Part shown: positions 10,573-18,538 of the stretch, piece by piece
Numbering within the stretch: position 1 is the stretch's first letter
Layout of the letters: every line of letters begins with the position of its first letter
NCBI GenBank assembly: GCA_902553005.1
Contig: CACDIK010000002.1
Location: forward strand, 19,615-83,614
Direction: 5' to 3'
DNA length: 64,000 bases
From: an uncultured Alphaproteobacteria bacterium
Lineage (GTDB): Bacteria; Pseudomonadota; Alphaproteobacteria; HIMB59; GCA-002718135
Translations under genes and position numbers: made by a program
Notes under the pieces: model-generated
Told to the model about the DNA's origin: nothing
The model's input: the letters and a program-made list of their open reading frames with translations, nothing else
Databases searched by the model: none

Positions 10573-11337
10573 TTAAAAAGAGGTATTATTTAAAATATTT
10601 TCCCAAGCTTCTCCAGTTTCTATCTCTTTGAGAGTCCACTGACCATATGCCAAATTATTAAAAATTTTATAATCTATAATGGGATTTTCTATGTTCTGTA
10701 TTTTACCTATGTAACTTAAGGTTTTGTCAGTAAAGTATGATGGAACTCCGTTATACATTGCCATAAAACCTGCTGTAGATTGTAAACTAACAAATGCCCA
10801 CGCATCTTTTAATAATAAATTCAATGGTTTTTTTGATAATTTATTATGTACTATAATTCTTCTATCGGAATATTTTTTAACTAATTGTGTTGTCTCTTCA
10901 GTCCAATTTGGTACGTTGTACATTTTTTTCATAGTTTCAGATGGTTCAGAAAGGATAATATAGCTACCTGTTTTTTTTTGATCAAGTATCTTTAAGTTTA
11001 GCTTACTTAGTCTATCACTTGGAAAATTGCCCTTACCATTATGTATAAAATTGTTATAGACAATTCTAAAATAACCATCCATATTTTTAACTTTAGTTAA
11101 TTTATTTTCAAATACTCTTTGTGACTGATTAAAATAACCATGATCCATATAGTAAAAATTCTTAACTTTATTAATTACGTCAAGAGTTCCTCTAAGTACT
11201 CCATAAGTCGCAATAGTTTTATCAAATTCTTTAAAATTATTTACATGACATAAAACAGAATTAGAACCTTTAGCAAAATTATAACATAAAGTTCTATTCA
11301 TTATATGATCTGTGTAAATAACTATAGGTTTTTCCAT
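10573..11337 (-). CDS. Putative GT-B glycosyltransferase, capsule-synthesis (KpsS/KpsC)-like
   Basis: YYMDHGYF, AWAFVSLQSTAGFMAMYNGVPSY and LAYGQWTLKEIETGEAW resemble capsule-polysaccharide-modification-like proteins; the family call is an inference. Confidence 0.45.
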   Translation of the reverse strand: MEKPIVIYTDHIMNRTLCYNFAKGSNSVLCHVNNFKEFDKTIATYGVLRGTLDVINKVKNFYYMDHGYFNQSQRVFENKLTKVKNMDGYFRIVYNNFIHNGKGNFPSDRLSKLNLKILDQKKTGSYIILSEPSETMKKMYNVPNWTEETTQLVKKYSDRRIIVHNKLSKKPLNLLLKDAWAFVSLQSTAGFMAMYNGVPSYFTDKTLSYIGKIQNIENPIIDYKIFNNLAYGQWTLKEIETGEAWENILNNTSF

Positions 11338-11787
11338 TATATTTATATTATAAATTAATAAATTTTTTTATAAATTTTAAAATATGGTCTAATAATTTAA
11401 AATTAGTATTAATATTTAAATTCTTTAATTACCTTATGTAAGATAGGTTTTTTCCCTAAATAAAGTGCATAAAAGTTTAAACCTATCTATTAATTATACA
11501 TCTTGATTTTAAGACATAAATAAACATAGATTATCGAATTTAATAAAAAATAGATTTATTTAAGTTATTTGAATTAATATACTTATTAACAAAAAATTAT
11601 GATTAACAATTTTAATTCTGCATAATATTCCAAATTTGCTATAAATTTATGTGATAAAAAAATATTTTAATATGAAATATTTACTATTTGCATTTAATAT
11701 TGGAGGAAAAATTTTTTTGACTTTTTATCAATTTAGTAGATTAAAAACTACTTGGATTAATTTACAATTAATGCTGCGATAATTGCC

Positions 11788-12504
11788 TTGATCAATTTTA
11801 TTTTTTTTTATGTGGATACTAAAAAGGGCTACTTGTCTGAAAGACACAGAGGTATTGAGCGCGAAAACATTGATCTGTTTATTAAATCTATAAGAAAATA
11901 TCATATTGAATCAACAATTATTCACTGTACTGATAAATTTACAAAAACTTTTAAAGATGTTGATATAGTTCATAGAGAGAAATTTGATTTAAACCACATA
12001 ATGTTTGGTAGAGTAAAATGTTTTTCAAGTTTTCCTATTAATAAATCATCAATTTATTTAGACCCTGATATGCTTGTAATGAAAACAATACCTGTAAAAT
12101 TATTTGAAGAAAAGGCTGATGTTTTCTTATTAAAGAGAAGTTTTGATTTAACAGATATAATGCCAACTACATTTAGAAAACTAGAATTTCCAAATCACAA
12201 AAATAAAAATTTGGAAAATATCTATCCTTTTATTGGTTGTTTTGTTATCCTTAAGAAACAAAATTTCTGGTTAGAGTGTCTAAACTATTATGAAAATCTT
12301 AGTGAAAATTATAAAAATTGGTTTGGTGACCAAGAAATATTTAAAAGGTTAGTAGAGGAAAATAATTATAAATTTGCTTTTTTAGAAGAAAAAAATTTTG
12401 CATGCCCTCCACAGCATCTGAGTGGAAAAGATAGGCCATTTATAGTTCATTTTAAAGGTAAATATAATAAGGAATTAATAAAAAAATATTTTGAATTTGT
12501 TTAA
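11788..12504 (+). CDS. Putative GT-A glycosyltransferase (nucleotide-diphospho-sugar transferase-like)
   Basis: DxD motif (YLDPDML), WFGDQE, IVHFKG; TTG start. Confidence 0.65.
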   Translation: MINFIFFYVDTKKGYLSERHRGIERENIDLFIKSIRKYHIESTIIHCTDKFTKTFKDVDIVHREKFDLNHIMFGRVKCFSSFPINKSSIYLDPDMLVMKTIPVKLFEEKADVFLLKRSFDLTDIMPTTFRKLEFPNHKNKNLENIYPFIGCFVILKKQNFWLECLNYYENLSENYKNWFGDQEIFKRLVEENNYKFAFLEEKNFACPPQHLSGKDRPFIVHFKGKYNKELIKKYFEFV

Positions 12505-12539
12505 AAAATTAAATTAAATAATTAGGTACAAATTACAAT

Positions 12540-12745
12540 TTAGTTAAAGAAAATATAATATAGATTTATTAAATTCATTTTGTAAAACGTATATATTTGC
12601 AAGGTTTATATATGCTTTATTATTTTTACTATTTAACTCAATTGCATTTAAAAAAAGTGATTTTGCTTCATCAAAATTACCTACTTCTTGGTTTTTTAAC
12701 CCTATCATTAATTAATACTTTATAGTTATTTTTATTTTTTAACAT
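12540..12745 (-). pseudogene. Frameshifted, truncated TPR-protein remnant
   Basis: MLKNKNNYKVLIN, frameshift, then IGLKNQEVGNFDEAKSLFLNAIELNSKNNKAYINLANIYVLQNEFNKSILYFFN*. Aligns by eye with the N-terminus of 13550..15172 (NYKNLIENG...SYINLANVYIMQ). Confidence 0.65.
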
Positions 12746-12796
12746 TTTCTATTTACTAAAAAAATTTAAGATATATTTTCGTATGATAAATAAATC

Positions 12797-13393
12797 ATGT
12801 CTAATCCTAATCTTTTCTTCTCTACACCTGTTTGGGTTTCTACAATAAATAATTATAAAGAAACTAATGAAAAAATATATCATTACATTAAGAATTTACA
12901 AAATGAGGATAACAAAGGAATAATTCGCAGTAATGTTAAAGGGTGGCACTCCAACAATTTTAATTTAGAAGATGAAAATGTAATTGAATTTATTAATTTG
13001 ATTTCTCCAAATATTAACAACGTTTTAAATGATATGAATTGGGATATATCTAAACAAAGAGCAAAGATATCAGCTATGTGGGCAATAATTAATATAGGAG
13101 GAGCTTCCAATTCTAGACATCATCATGGAAATAGTGACATAAGTGCTGCATATTATGTAAGAGCACCTAAAAATTGTGGTGAGATTGTTTTTTATGATCC
13201 AAGACCCGCCCCAGTATACTTTCATCCATTATCAACAAAACCAAACAGTTTAAATGCTATGCAGAATGCCGTAAATCCAGTAGAAGGTGGTTTAGTACTC
13301 TTTCCTAGTTATTTAGATCATTCAGTAAATCCAAATCTCAGTAATGAAGAAAGAATTGTGATAAGTTTTAATCTAAATTTAGTTAGGAAATAA
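12797..13393 (+). CDS. Putative 2OG-Fe(II) oxygenase (TIGR02466-like)
   Basis: FFSTPVW, SNVKGWHS, HHHGNSDISAAYYV, LFPSYLDHSV, ERIVISFN. Confidence 0.88.
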   Translation: MSNPNLFFSTPVWVSTINNYKETNEKIYHYIKNLQNEDNKGIIRSNVKGWHSNNFNLEDENVIEFINLISPNINNVLNDMNWDISKQRAKISAMWAIINIGGASNSRHHHGNSDISAAYYVRAPKNCGEIVFYDPRPAPVYFHPLSTKPNSLNAMQNAVNPVEGGLVLFPSYLDHSVNPNLSNEERIVISFNLNLVRK

Positions 13394-13549
13394 ATATTTT
13401 AAGATTAAAATCTTTTTTGATACAGGATTAAGATTTCCAAACATTAAAAGATAAGTAAAATTCGAGGATAATCCATCTTTTGTTTAAGCTAAAATATTGA
13501 ATTATTTTTTAATTGATAGCATGTTAATAATAAATAAAAGAAAGTATTC

Positions 13550-15172
13550 ATGAATTATAAAAATCTAATTGAAAATGGAATTAAATATGCACAAAAAGGA
13601 AAGCTTATAGAAGCTGAGAATAATTTTAAGAAAGCTATTGAAAAAGATTCAAGTCTTACTGATTCATATATAAATTTGGCCAATGTATACATAATGCAAA
13701 GAAGAGTTGAAGAGGCAATTAATTTATTAAAGACTTACTTAAAAGATATATCTTTTAATCAAAATATCATTGGTCATTTTTGGAAAATTAGCCAAAATTT
13801 TAATAGAGAAGAAAAGTTCTTTGAAATAATTAGTTCCTATGAAGATTCAAAAACTCTGAATAAAAAAGAATTGGCTTACATATATTATATACATGGAAGA
13901 TATTGTGCCAAATTAAATGACATTGAATTGTCAATTAAATATTTTAAGAAGTCTATATTTTTTGATGAATTGTTTACGGATAGTTACATCAATCTTGTAG
14001 ACTGGTTAGAAAGAATAAATGAAATTTCACAAGCAAACTTATATTTAAATAAGTTTAATAATGTAGTAAAAAAAATTGATTATAAAATAAAGTTTTTTGA
14101 AGCATTATTATTGTCAAGAGTAAAAAAATTTAAAGCATCTGAAAATATTCTAAATAAATATAAATTAGAAAAATATTTCGAGAAAGATAAATATTATTAC
14201 ATTAAACTATTAAATCTTAAATCGAAAAATAATGAAAGGTTAAGAAATTTTTCAATAGCTTATAATTCAATTGTGAAAAGAAATTTATTTTTATCTAACT
14301 TAGAAGAAAATCAAAAAATTGATAGAGGTGATATTAATCAAACCATACAAAATTATAAAAAAGTTTACACAAAACATAATAAACATTTTGATATAAATAA
14401 ATTAAAAATAGGTAAAAAAATTGACCTCGTTTTTTTAATTGGATTTCCAAGATCAGGAACTACATTACTAGATACTATATTGCGTACTCATTCAAAAACA
14501 CTTGTTTTAGAGGAGGAAATTTATCTTGAAAATACAAGAAATTATTACTTTACTTCTAAAAATAATAGACTTGACGCAATAAAAAATATTTCACTAGAAG
14601 AAGTAATAAATTTGCGCAAACATTATTTTGATCAAATAAATATTGATTATAAAAATATAATAACTGTAATTGACAAACTACCTCTTACAATTACAGAATT
14701 GGGATTTGTAAAAAAAATTTTTCCAGATGCTAAAATAATTCTAGCATTAAGACATCCATGTGATGTAGTTATAAGCTGTTTTTTTAGCTCTTTCAAAATG
14801 AATAGGGCGATGATTAATTTTTTGAGTATTAAAAACACAGTAGACTTTTATAATAAAGTATTAGATCTATTCGAATTTTATGAGAATGAGTTAGATCTTG
14901 AAATTATAAAAATAAAATATGAAGATATTGTCTTCGATTTTGAAAATGAAACAAAAAAATTATTTAAATTTTTAAATCTTGAGTATGAGGAAGATATTAA
15001 TAAATTTTATGAAACTGCTCAAAGTAGAAAAATGATATCAACACCAAGTTACTCACAAGTAACTAGCCCTATATATTCAAGTTCTATTGATAGATGGAAA
15101 AATTATGAATCGTTAGTTAAAATTGAAAAACCGTTAAGAAAATGGATAAAAAGACTGAATTATTTAAACTGA
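13550..15172 (+). CDS. TPR-containing sulfotransferase family protein
   Basis: N-terminal TPRs; PAPS loop GFPRSGTTLL, DKLP, RHPCDVVISCF, YEDIV, TPSYSQV. Confidence 0.9.
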   Translation: MNYKNLIENGIKYAQKGKLIEAENNFKKAIEKDSSLTDSYINLANVYIMQRRVEEAINLLKTYLKDISFNQNIIGHFWKISQNFNREEKFFEIISSYEDSKTLNKKELAYIYYIHGRYCAKLNDIELSIKYFKKSIFFDELFTDSYINLVDWLERINEISQANLYLNKFNNVVKKIDYKIKFFEALLLSRVKKFKASENILNKYKLEKYFEKDKYYYIKLLNLKSKNNERLRNFSIAYNSIVKRNLFLSNLEENQKIDRGDINQTIQNYKKVYTKHNKHFDINKLKIGKKIDLVFLIGFPRSGTTLLDTILRTHSKTLVLEEEIYLENTRNYYFTSKNNRLDAIKNISLEEVINLRKHYFDQINIDYKNIITVIDKLPLTITELGFVKKIFPDAKIILALRHPCDVVISCFFSSFKMNRAMINFLSIKNTVDFYNKVLDLFEFYENELDLEIIKIKYEDIVFDFENETKKLFKFLNLEYEEDINKFYETAQSRKMISTPSYSQVTSPIYSSSIDRWKNYESLVKIEKPLRKWIKRLNYLN

Positions 15173-15221
15173 AATTTCCATTTGGGTAAGTGAAACTTTT
15201 GAAACTAACCCGCTCAATATT

Positions 15222-15272
15222 TGGAGCGGGCGAAGGGTTTCGAACCCTCGACTTCAACCTTGGCAAGGTTGC
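15222..15272 (-). repeat. Displaced 3' part of tRNA-Gly(GCC); att core direct repeat
   Basis: 51-bp copy of 16507..16557 with one mismatch (15238 T vs 16523 A, in the T-loop); it covers the anticodon arm to CCA and lacks the 5' end and D-arm. Confidence 0.92.
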
Positions 15273-15346
15273 CTAATAGAAATAATTTGTAATTTCCTTC
15301 AAATTATGTGAAATAATTTTAAAACAAGTTTAGTTTTTGTAATCGA

Positions 15347-15368
15347 AGTGTCCCCCATATGTCCCCCA
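15347..15368. repeat. Tandem TGTCCCCCA x2 (11-bp period), putative integrase arm-type site, left
   Basis: AGTGTCCCCCATATGTCCCCCA; the first 20 nt match 16451..16470 at 18 positions, same orientation. Confidence 0.7.
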
Positions 15369-15392
15369 AAAGAGAGATCTTTGAGCTATTGA

Positions 15393-15426
15393 AGGCAACA
15401 ATTCTGAAAGGCAACAGAGAGGCAAA
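15393..15426. repeat. Three AGGCAA direct repeats
   Basis: AGGCAAC at 15393 and 15409, AGGCAAA at 15420, in non-coding DNA next to the arm-type repeats. Confidence 0.5.
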
Positions 15427-15462
15427 TTCTTATTTTTTTATAATCATACTTTGTCCTGATTA

Positions 15463-16290
15463 CTAAATATAATTAAAATGCTTCATTAACGTTTTTAAAT
15501 TATTTTCTATAAGCCCAAGCTTTGTTTTTGATAAAATATCTTTCCATTGATTTGATGTTCCGGATCTGAAAAATCTTGAATGTTCTGAAGATTCATCAAA
15601 ACCATATTTATTTTCTATTTTTTTAAGATTATTAAAATTAGTATTTTCTATTGTTTGATCAATGTCTGCGTCACTTAAATTGAGCTTTATTCTGTGCGTT
15701 TTATTTAAGAATTCTATAACTTTAATAACTACTTCCTTTATATTTACCTTTAAGTCTTCATACCTAATAATTAATCTGGGTACAGTTTTATAATTTAACC
15801 ATGATAAAACATTAAGCTCCCAAGTAGAAATTAGTTCATAAGCACCATTTGTATTAATTATGTTTTTTTTTTCAAAAAGAAGCTCATTAATTATTTTATC
15901 TAAACTTTTGCCGCTAAAATTTTTAAAAGAAATGACCACATCCCTTGGGTCTCTTATAATATAAATAAAACCTGCATTTACAGTTTCATTTGTAAATTTT
16001 TTATGTCTAACACTATGGGTTTTAAATATATTTAAGTGATTTGATTTCTTATTTAGTATTTTTTGACAATCAATAATATTTTCTGATACCCAGTCAAAAT
16101 GCAAAACATTGTTGTCAGAATAGATTTTATTTTCAAATTCATCAAAGTTTTTTTTAATTGACAATAATGGTATTGACTTTAAGGTTTTTAGATTAAACTC
16201 TTTATCAAAATTATAAAGGTTTGAAATTATAGCTCTCATCCATGTATTGCCAGATTTAGGATATGAAGCCAAAAAAATATTTTTAAACAC
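15463..16290 (-). CDS. Sulfotransferase domain protein (Sulfotransfer_1 type)
   Basis: LASYPKSGNTW, KTH, YIIRDPRDVVIS, RYEDL, FFRSGTSNQWK; GTG start. Confidence 0.92.
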   Translation of the reverse strand: MFKNIFLASYPKSGNTWMRAIISNLYNFDKEFNLKTLKSIPLLSIKKNFDEFENKIYSDNNVLHFDWVSENIIDCQKILNKKSNHLNIFKTHSVRHKKFTNETVNAGFIYIIRDPRDVVISFKNFSGKSLDKIINELLFEKKNIINTNGAYELISTWELNVLSWLNYKTVPRLIIRYEDLKVNIKEVVIKVIEFLNKTHRIKLNLSDADIDQTIENTNFNNLKKIENKYGFDESSEHSRFFRSGTSNQWKDILSKTKLGLIENNLKTLMKHFNYI

Positions 16291-16419
16291 TTAAAATATT
16301 TAGGAAGAAATTTCTAAATAAAAATTTCAAATTTAAATATTTATTTTTTTTAATAAATATAATTACTAATTTTAAAAATTTATATCTGGTAATGAAATTA
16401 ATTATTATATTTTGTTTAA

Positions 16420-16432
16420 AATCAAGGTGTTG
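16420..16432 (+). promoter_or_regulatory. IHF-binding consensus
   Basis: AATCAAGGTGTTG matches WATCAANNNNTTR exactly, with an AT-rich tract upstream, 18 bp from the right arm-type repeat. Confidence 0.5.
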
Positions 16433-16450
16433 TATTATTTTGATATATGG

Positions 16451-16470
16451 AGTGTCCCCCAATTGTCCCC
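16451..16470. repeat. Tandem TGTCCCC x2 (11-bp period), putative integrase arm-type site, right
   Basis: AGTGTCCCCCAATTGTCCCC, 36 bp from the tRNA CCA end. Confidence 0.7.
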
Positions 16471-16506
16471 GGAGATTTTAAAATAATATGAATTTAGTAT
16501 ATTTGT

Positions 16507-16581
16507 TGGAGCGGGCGAAGGGATTCGAACCCTCGACTTCAACCTTGGCAAGGTTGCGCTCTACCCCTGAGCTACGCCCGC
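16507..16581 (-). tRNA. tRNA-Gly (GCC)
   Basis: GCGGGCGTAGCTCAGGGGTAGAGCGCAACCTTGCCAAGGTTGAAGTCGAGGGTTCGAATCCCTTCGCCCGCTCCA; cloverleaf, anticodon GCC, encoded CCA. Confidence 0.97.
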
Positions 16582-16591
16582 TTGAAATACA

Positions 16592-16619
16592 CAATTACCA
16601 TTTTGAATTTATAAGTCAA
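16592..16619 (-). promoter_or_regulatory. Putative sigma70 promoter for tRNA-Gly
   Basis: TTGACT-N16-TAATTG on the minus strand just upstream of the tRNA. Confidence 0.4.
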
Positions 16620-16635
16620 TATTTGAGAAAACGAT

Positions 16636-17454
16636 TTATTTAAATCTTCTTCTGTAGACAATATCAACAAGTAACATATGAGGAAGCGTTAAAGCAGCGA
16701 GTCCAATGAAAATTACTTTTAATATCGACTCATATAATGATAAATTTTGGACTAAATAATAAACAATTAATAAACCTCCAATCCAAGAAATTACTGTAAA
16801 AATTATTGTGGAGTAAATAACAAAGTATTTATTTTGTAAATTTAAATAAATATTTTTAATCAGATGTTTTAAATGTTTGTAAGTGTGAAAAAAACAGAAA
16901 TATATAGCGAAGCTTAGTAATGGATCGAAAAAATAAAAAATTAATAAAAGAAATATAATCTCAATAATTCCTTTTCGTAATTTCTTTTCAAAGAAAGAGA
17001 GATAAACAAAATATATTATAGATAATAATGTTAAAAAATATGGGATGAAAAAAAATTTTTGGATTGAGTAAATATTATTATTTGTCAGATATTCAAATAT
17101 CAAAAAAGATTGATCTTCGTTGAAAAATATTATTCCAAAAATAATAGTCATTCCATAAGTAAAGCTTATAGAATACTTGTATTTATTTATTTTAAAATTT
17201 GTCCAATCACATAATCCAAAATGGGCAATAGTCATTATAATAAAAATCGTTAATGAAATAATAGGAAAATATAACCAAAATAAAATGACTAGAAAAAATA
17301 AAATTAGGTAGTAAAATAAAAATTGTAGAAATTGAATTCTGTTATTAAAACCTACTAAAGAAGCAACAGCACCATCAAATGAACCATGTGGAAGACCAAT
17401 GAAAAAAATTAATAAAAAGGAAATAATATTTAAAATTGTTAGGTCTGCTAACAT
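16636..17454 (-). CDS. blh: Beta-carotene 15,15'-dioxygenase (Brp/Blh)
   Basis: Polytopic membrane protein with GLPHGSFD, HFG, YFCFFHT, LAALTLPHM; last gene of the crt operon. Confidence 0.95.
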   Translation of the reverse strand: MLADLTILNIISFLLIFFIGLPHGSFDGAVASLVGFNNRIQFLQFLFYYLILFFLVILFWLYFPIISLTIFIIMTIAHFGLCDWTNFKINKYKYSISFTYGMTIIFGIIFFNEDQSFLIFEYLTNNNIYSIQKFFFIPYFLTLLSIIYFVYLSFFEKKLRKGIIEIIFLLLIFYFFDPLLSFAIYFCFFHTYKHLKHLIKNIYLNLQNKYFVIYSTIIFTVISWIGGLLIVYYLVQNLSLYESILKVIFIGLAALTLPHMLLVDIVYRRRFK

Positions 17455-17455
17455 A

Positions 17456-18538
17456 TCATTTAAATAACTCTTTTATAAAAGGAAGCTTGGGCATGCTATT
17501 TATAATTTTTAACTTAGTTAATAAATTCGATTCACCCATCATAAAACTTTGGAATTCTTTTCCATTTAGATTAGATGCGAGTTTTATAAATGACCTTCCA
17601 TCTTCTCTATTATTTTTTAAAAAATTAATAAAAACTTTATCCATTTTTCTTTCTAAAAAATTATGTATATTTACATAATTGTTCTTTGAATTTTTTAACA
17701 ATTGAATTTGTTTTATAAGAAATGAAAAAGCATATCCAGTAGAGGGTTTGCAAGCACCTCCTCTAATACCAATATTGAAGATTTTAGAATTAACTGATTT
17801 TTTTTCCCCTGCAAAAAACATTGGTATTACCCCTTTTTCTGAACTCTGTTCTTTAAAATTATTAATATTATTTTTCTTTAAGTAATCATTTATTCTTTCC
17901 CTATACCAGGAACTGTGAAAGACATCTTTTGAAAAGACCGTCGATTCAACAAGCGCTTTATTGTGACTAAATGGTAGGATGTATATAAAATGCAAAATAT
18001 TATTTTCTTCCGTAAAGTGCATCAAGGTTAATTTATCTTCATTAAAAGTATTATCTGCCACGGTAATATGAATTCCAAAAAAATGTTGTAATAATTCATC
18101 TTTTTTTTCTTTTGCTGATCGTGAATCATATATTTTTTCAGCGTAATATATTTTATCATCAGTAGTGATTATTTTAAAATAATTTTTTTCAGGAAAATAT
18201 TGGACAACTTGTTTGTTTATAATTTTTAAATTATTTTTTGTTTCTAGGCAAAATTTTTTCCAAGTTTTAAAACTAATGACACAGTAAGGTTTATCCAAAC
18301 TTGTATGTGTTACATTGGTATTTTTGTTGCCAATACTCCATTTGTACCATTTTTTTTCAATAATTTTTTCAAATGGCTTCATCCAATCTGTTAACCAAAA
18401 ACCAAAAATATTATCTCTTTTGTTTGTATCTTCACTTTCAAATGCAATAATTTCGTTAAAACTATCTCCGTAAAGAATTTTATTTACAGCTAAACCACTA
18501 GGGCCTAACCCAATTATAGCAGCTTTATAAATTTTCAT
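17456..18538 (-). CDS. crtY: Lycopene beta-cyclase
   Basis: GLGPSGL FAD motif, LLQHFFG, FIYILPFS, ALVESTVFS, EKGVIPM, KPSTGYAF. Confidence 0.92.
   Translation of the reverse strand: MKIYKAAIIGLGPSGLAVNKILYGDSFNEIIAFESEDTNKRDNIFGFWLTDWMKPFEKIIEKKWYKWSIGNKNTNVTHTSLDKPYCVISFKTWKKFCLETKNNLKIINKQVVQYFPEKNYFKIITTDDKIYYAEKIYDSRSAKEKKDELLQHFFGIHITVADNTFNEDKLTLMHFTEENNILHFIYILPFSHNKALVESTVFSKDVFHSSWYRERINDYLKKNNINNFKEQSSEKGVIPMFFAGEKKSVNSKIFNIGIRGGACKPSTGYAFSFLIKQIQLLKNSKNNYVNIHNFLERKMDKVFINFLKNNREDGRSFIKLASNLNGKEFQSFMMGESNLLTKLKIINSMPKLPFIKELFK

Larger units (their letters stand above)
15222..16557. mobile_element. Integrase-less tRNA-Gly-integrated mini-cassette (1285-bp excisable unit)
   Basis: Flanking 51-bp tRNA direct repeats, matching tandem TGTCCCC repeats at both inner ends, an IHF consensus, one cargo gene and no recombinase. 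Confidence 0.78.

Noticed and set aside
11696-11710. AATATTGGAGG as an older decayed att copy
   Set aside because: Only about 5 nt match the tRNA 3' end, which is expected by chance.
11338-11787. ncRNA or pseudogene in the long AT-rich spacer
   Set aside because: No stable stems, GC enrichment or convincing reading frame could be found by eye.
15222-15272. Second functional tRNA-Gly
   Set aside because: It lacks the 5' acceptor strand and D-arm and has a T-loop substitution; it is an att repeat.
10400-16600. Integrase, transposase or prophage genes in the island
   Set aside because: No tyrosine or serine recombinase, DDE transposase or phage structural motifs were seen in any ORF.
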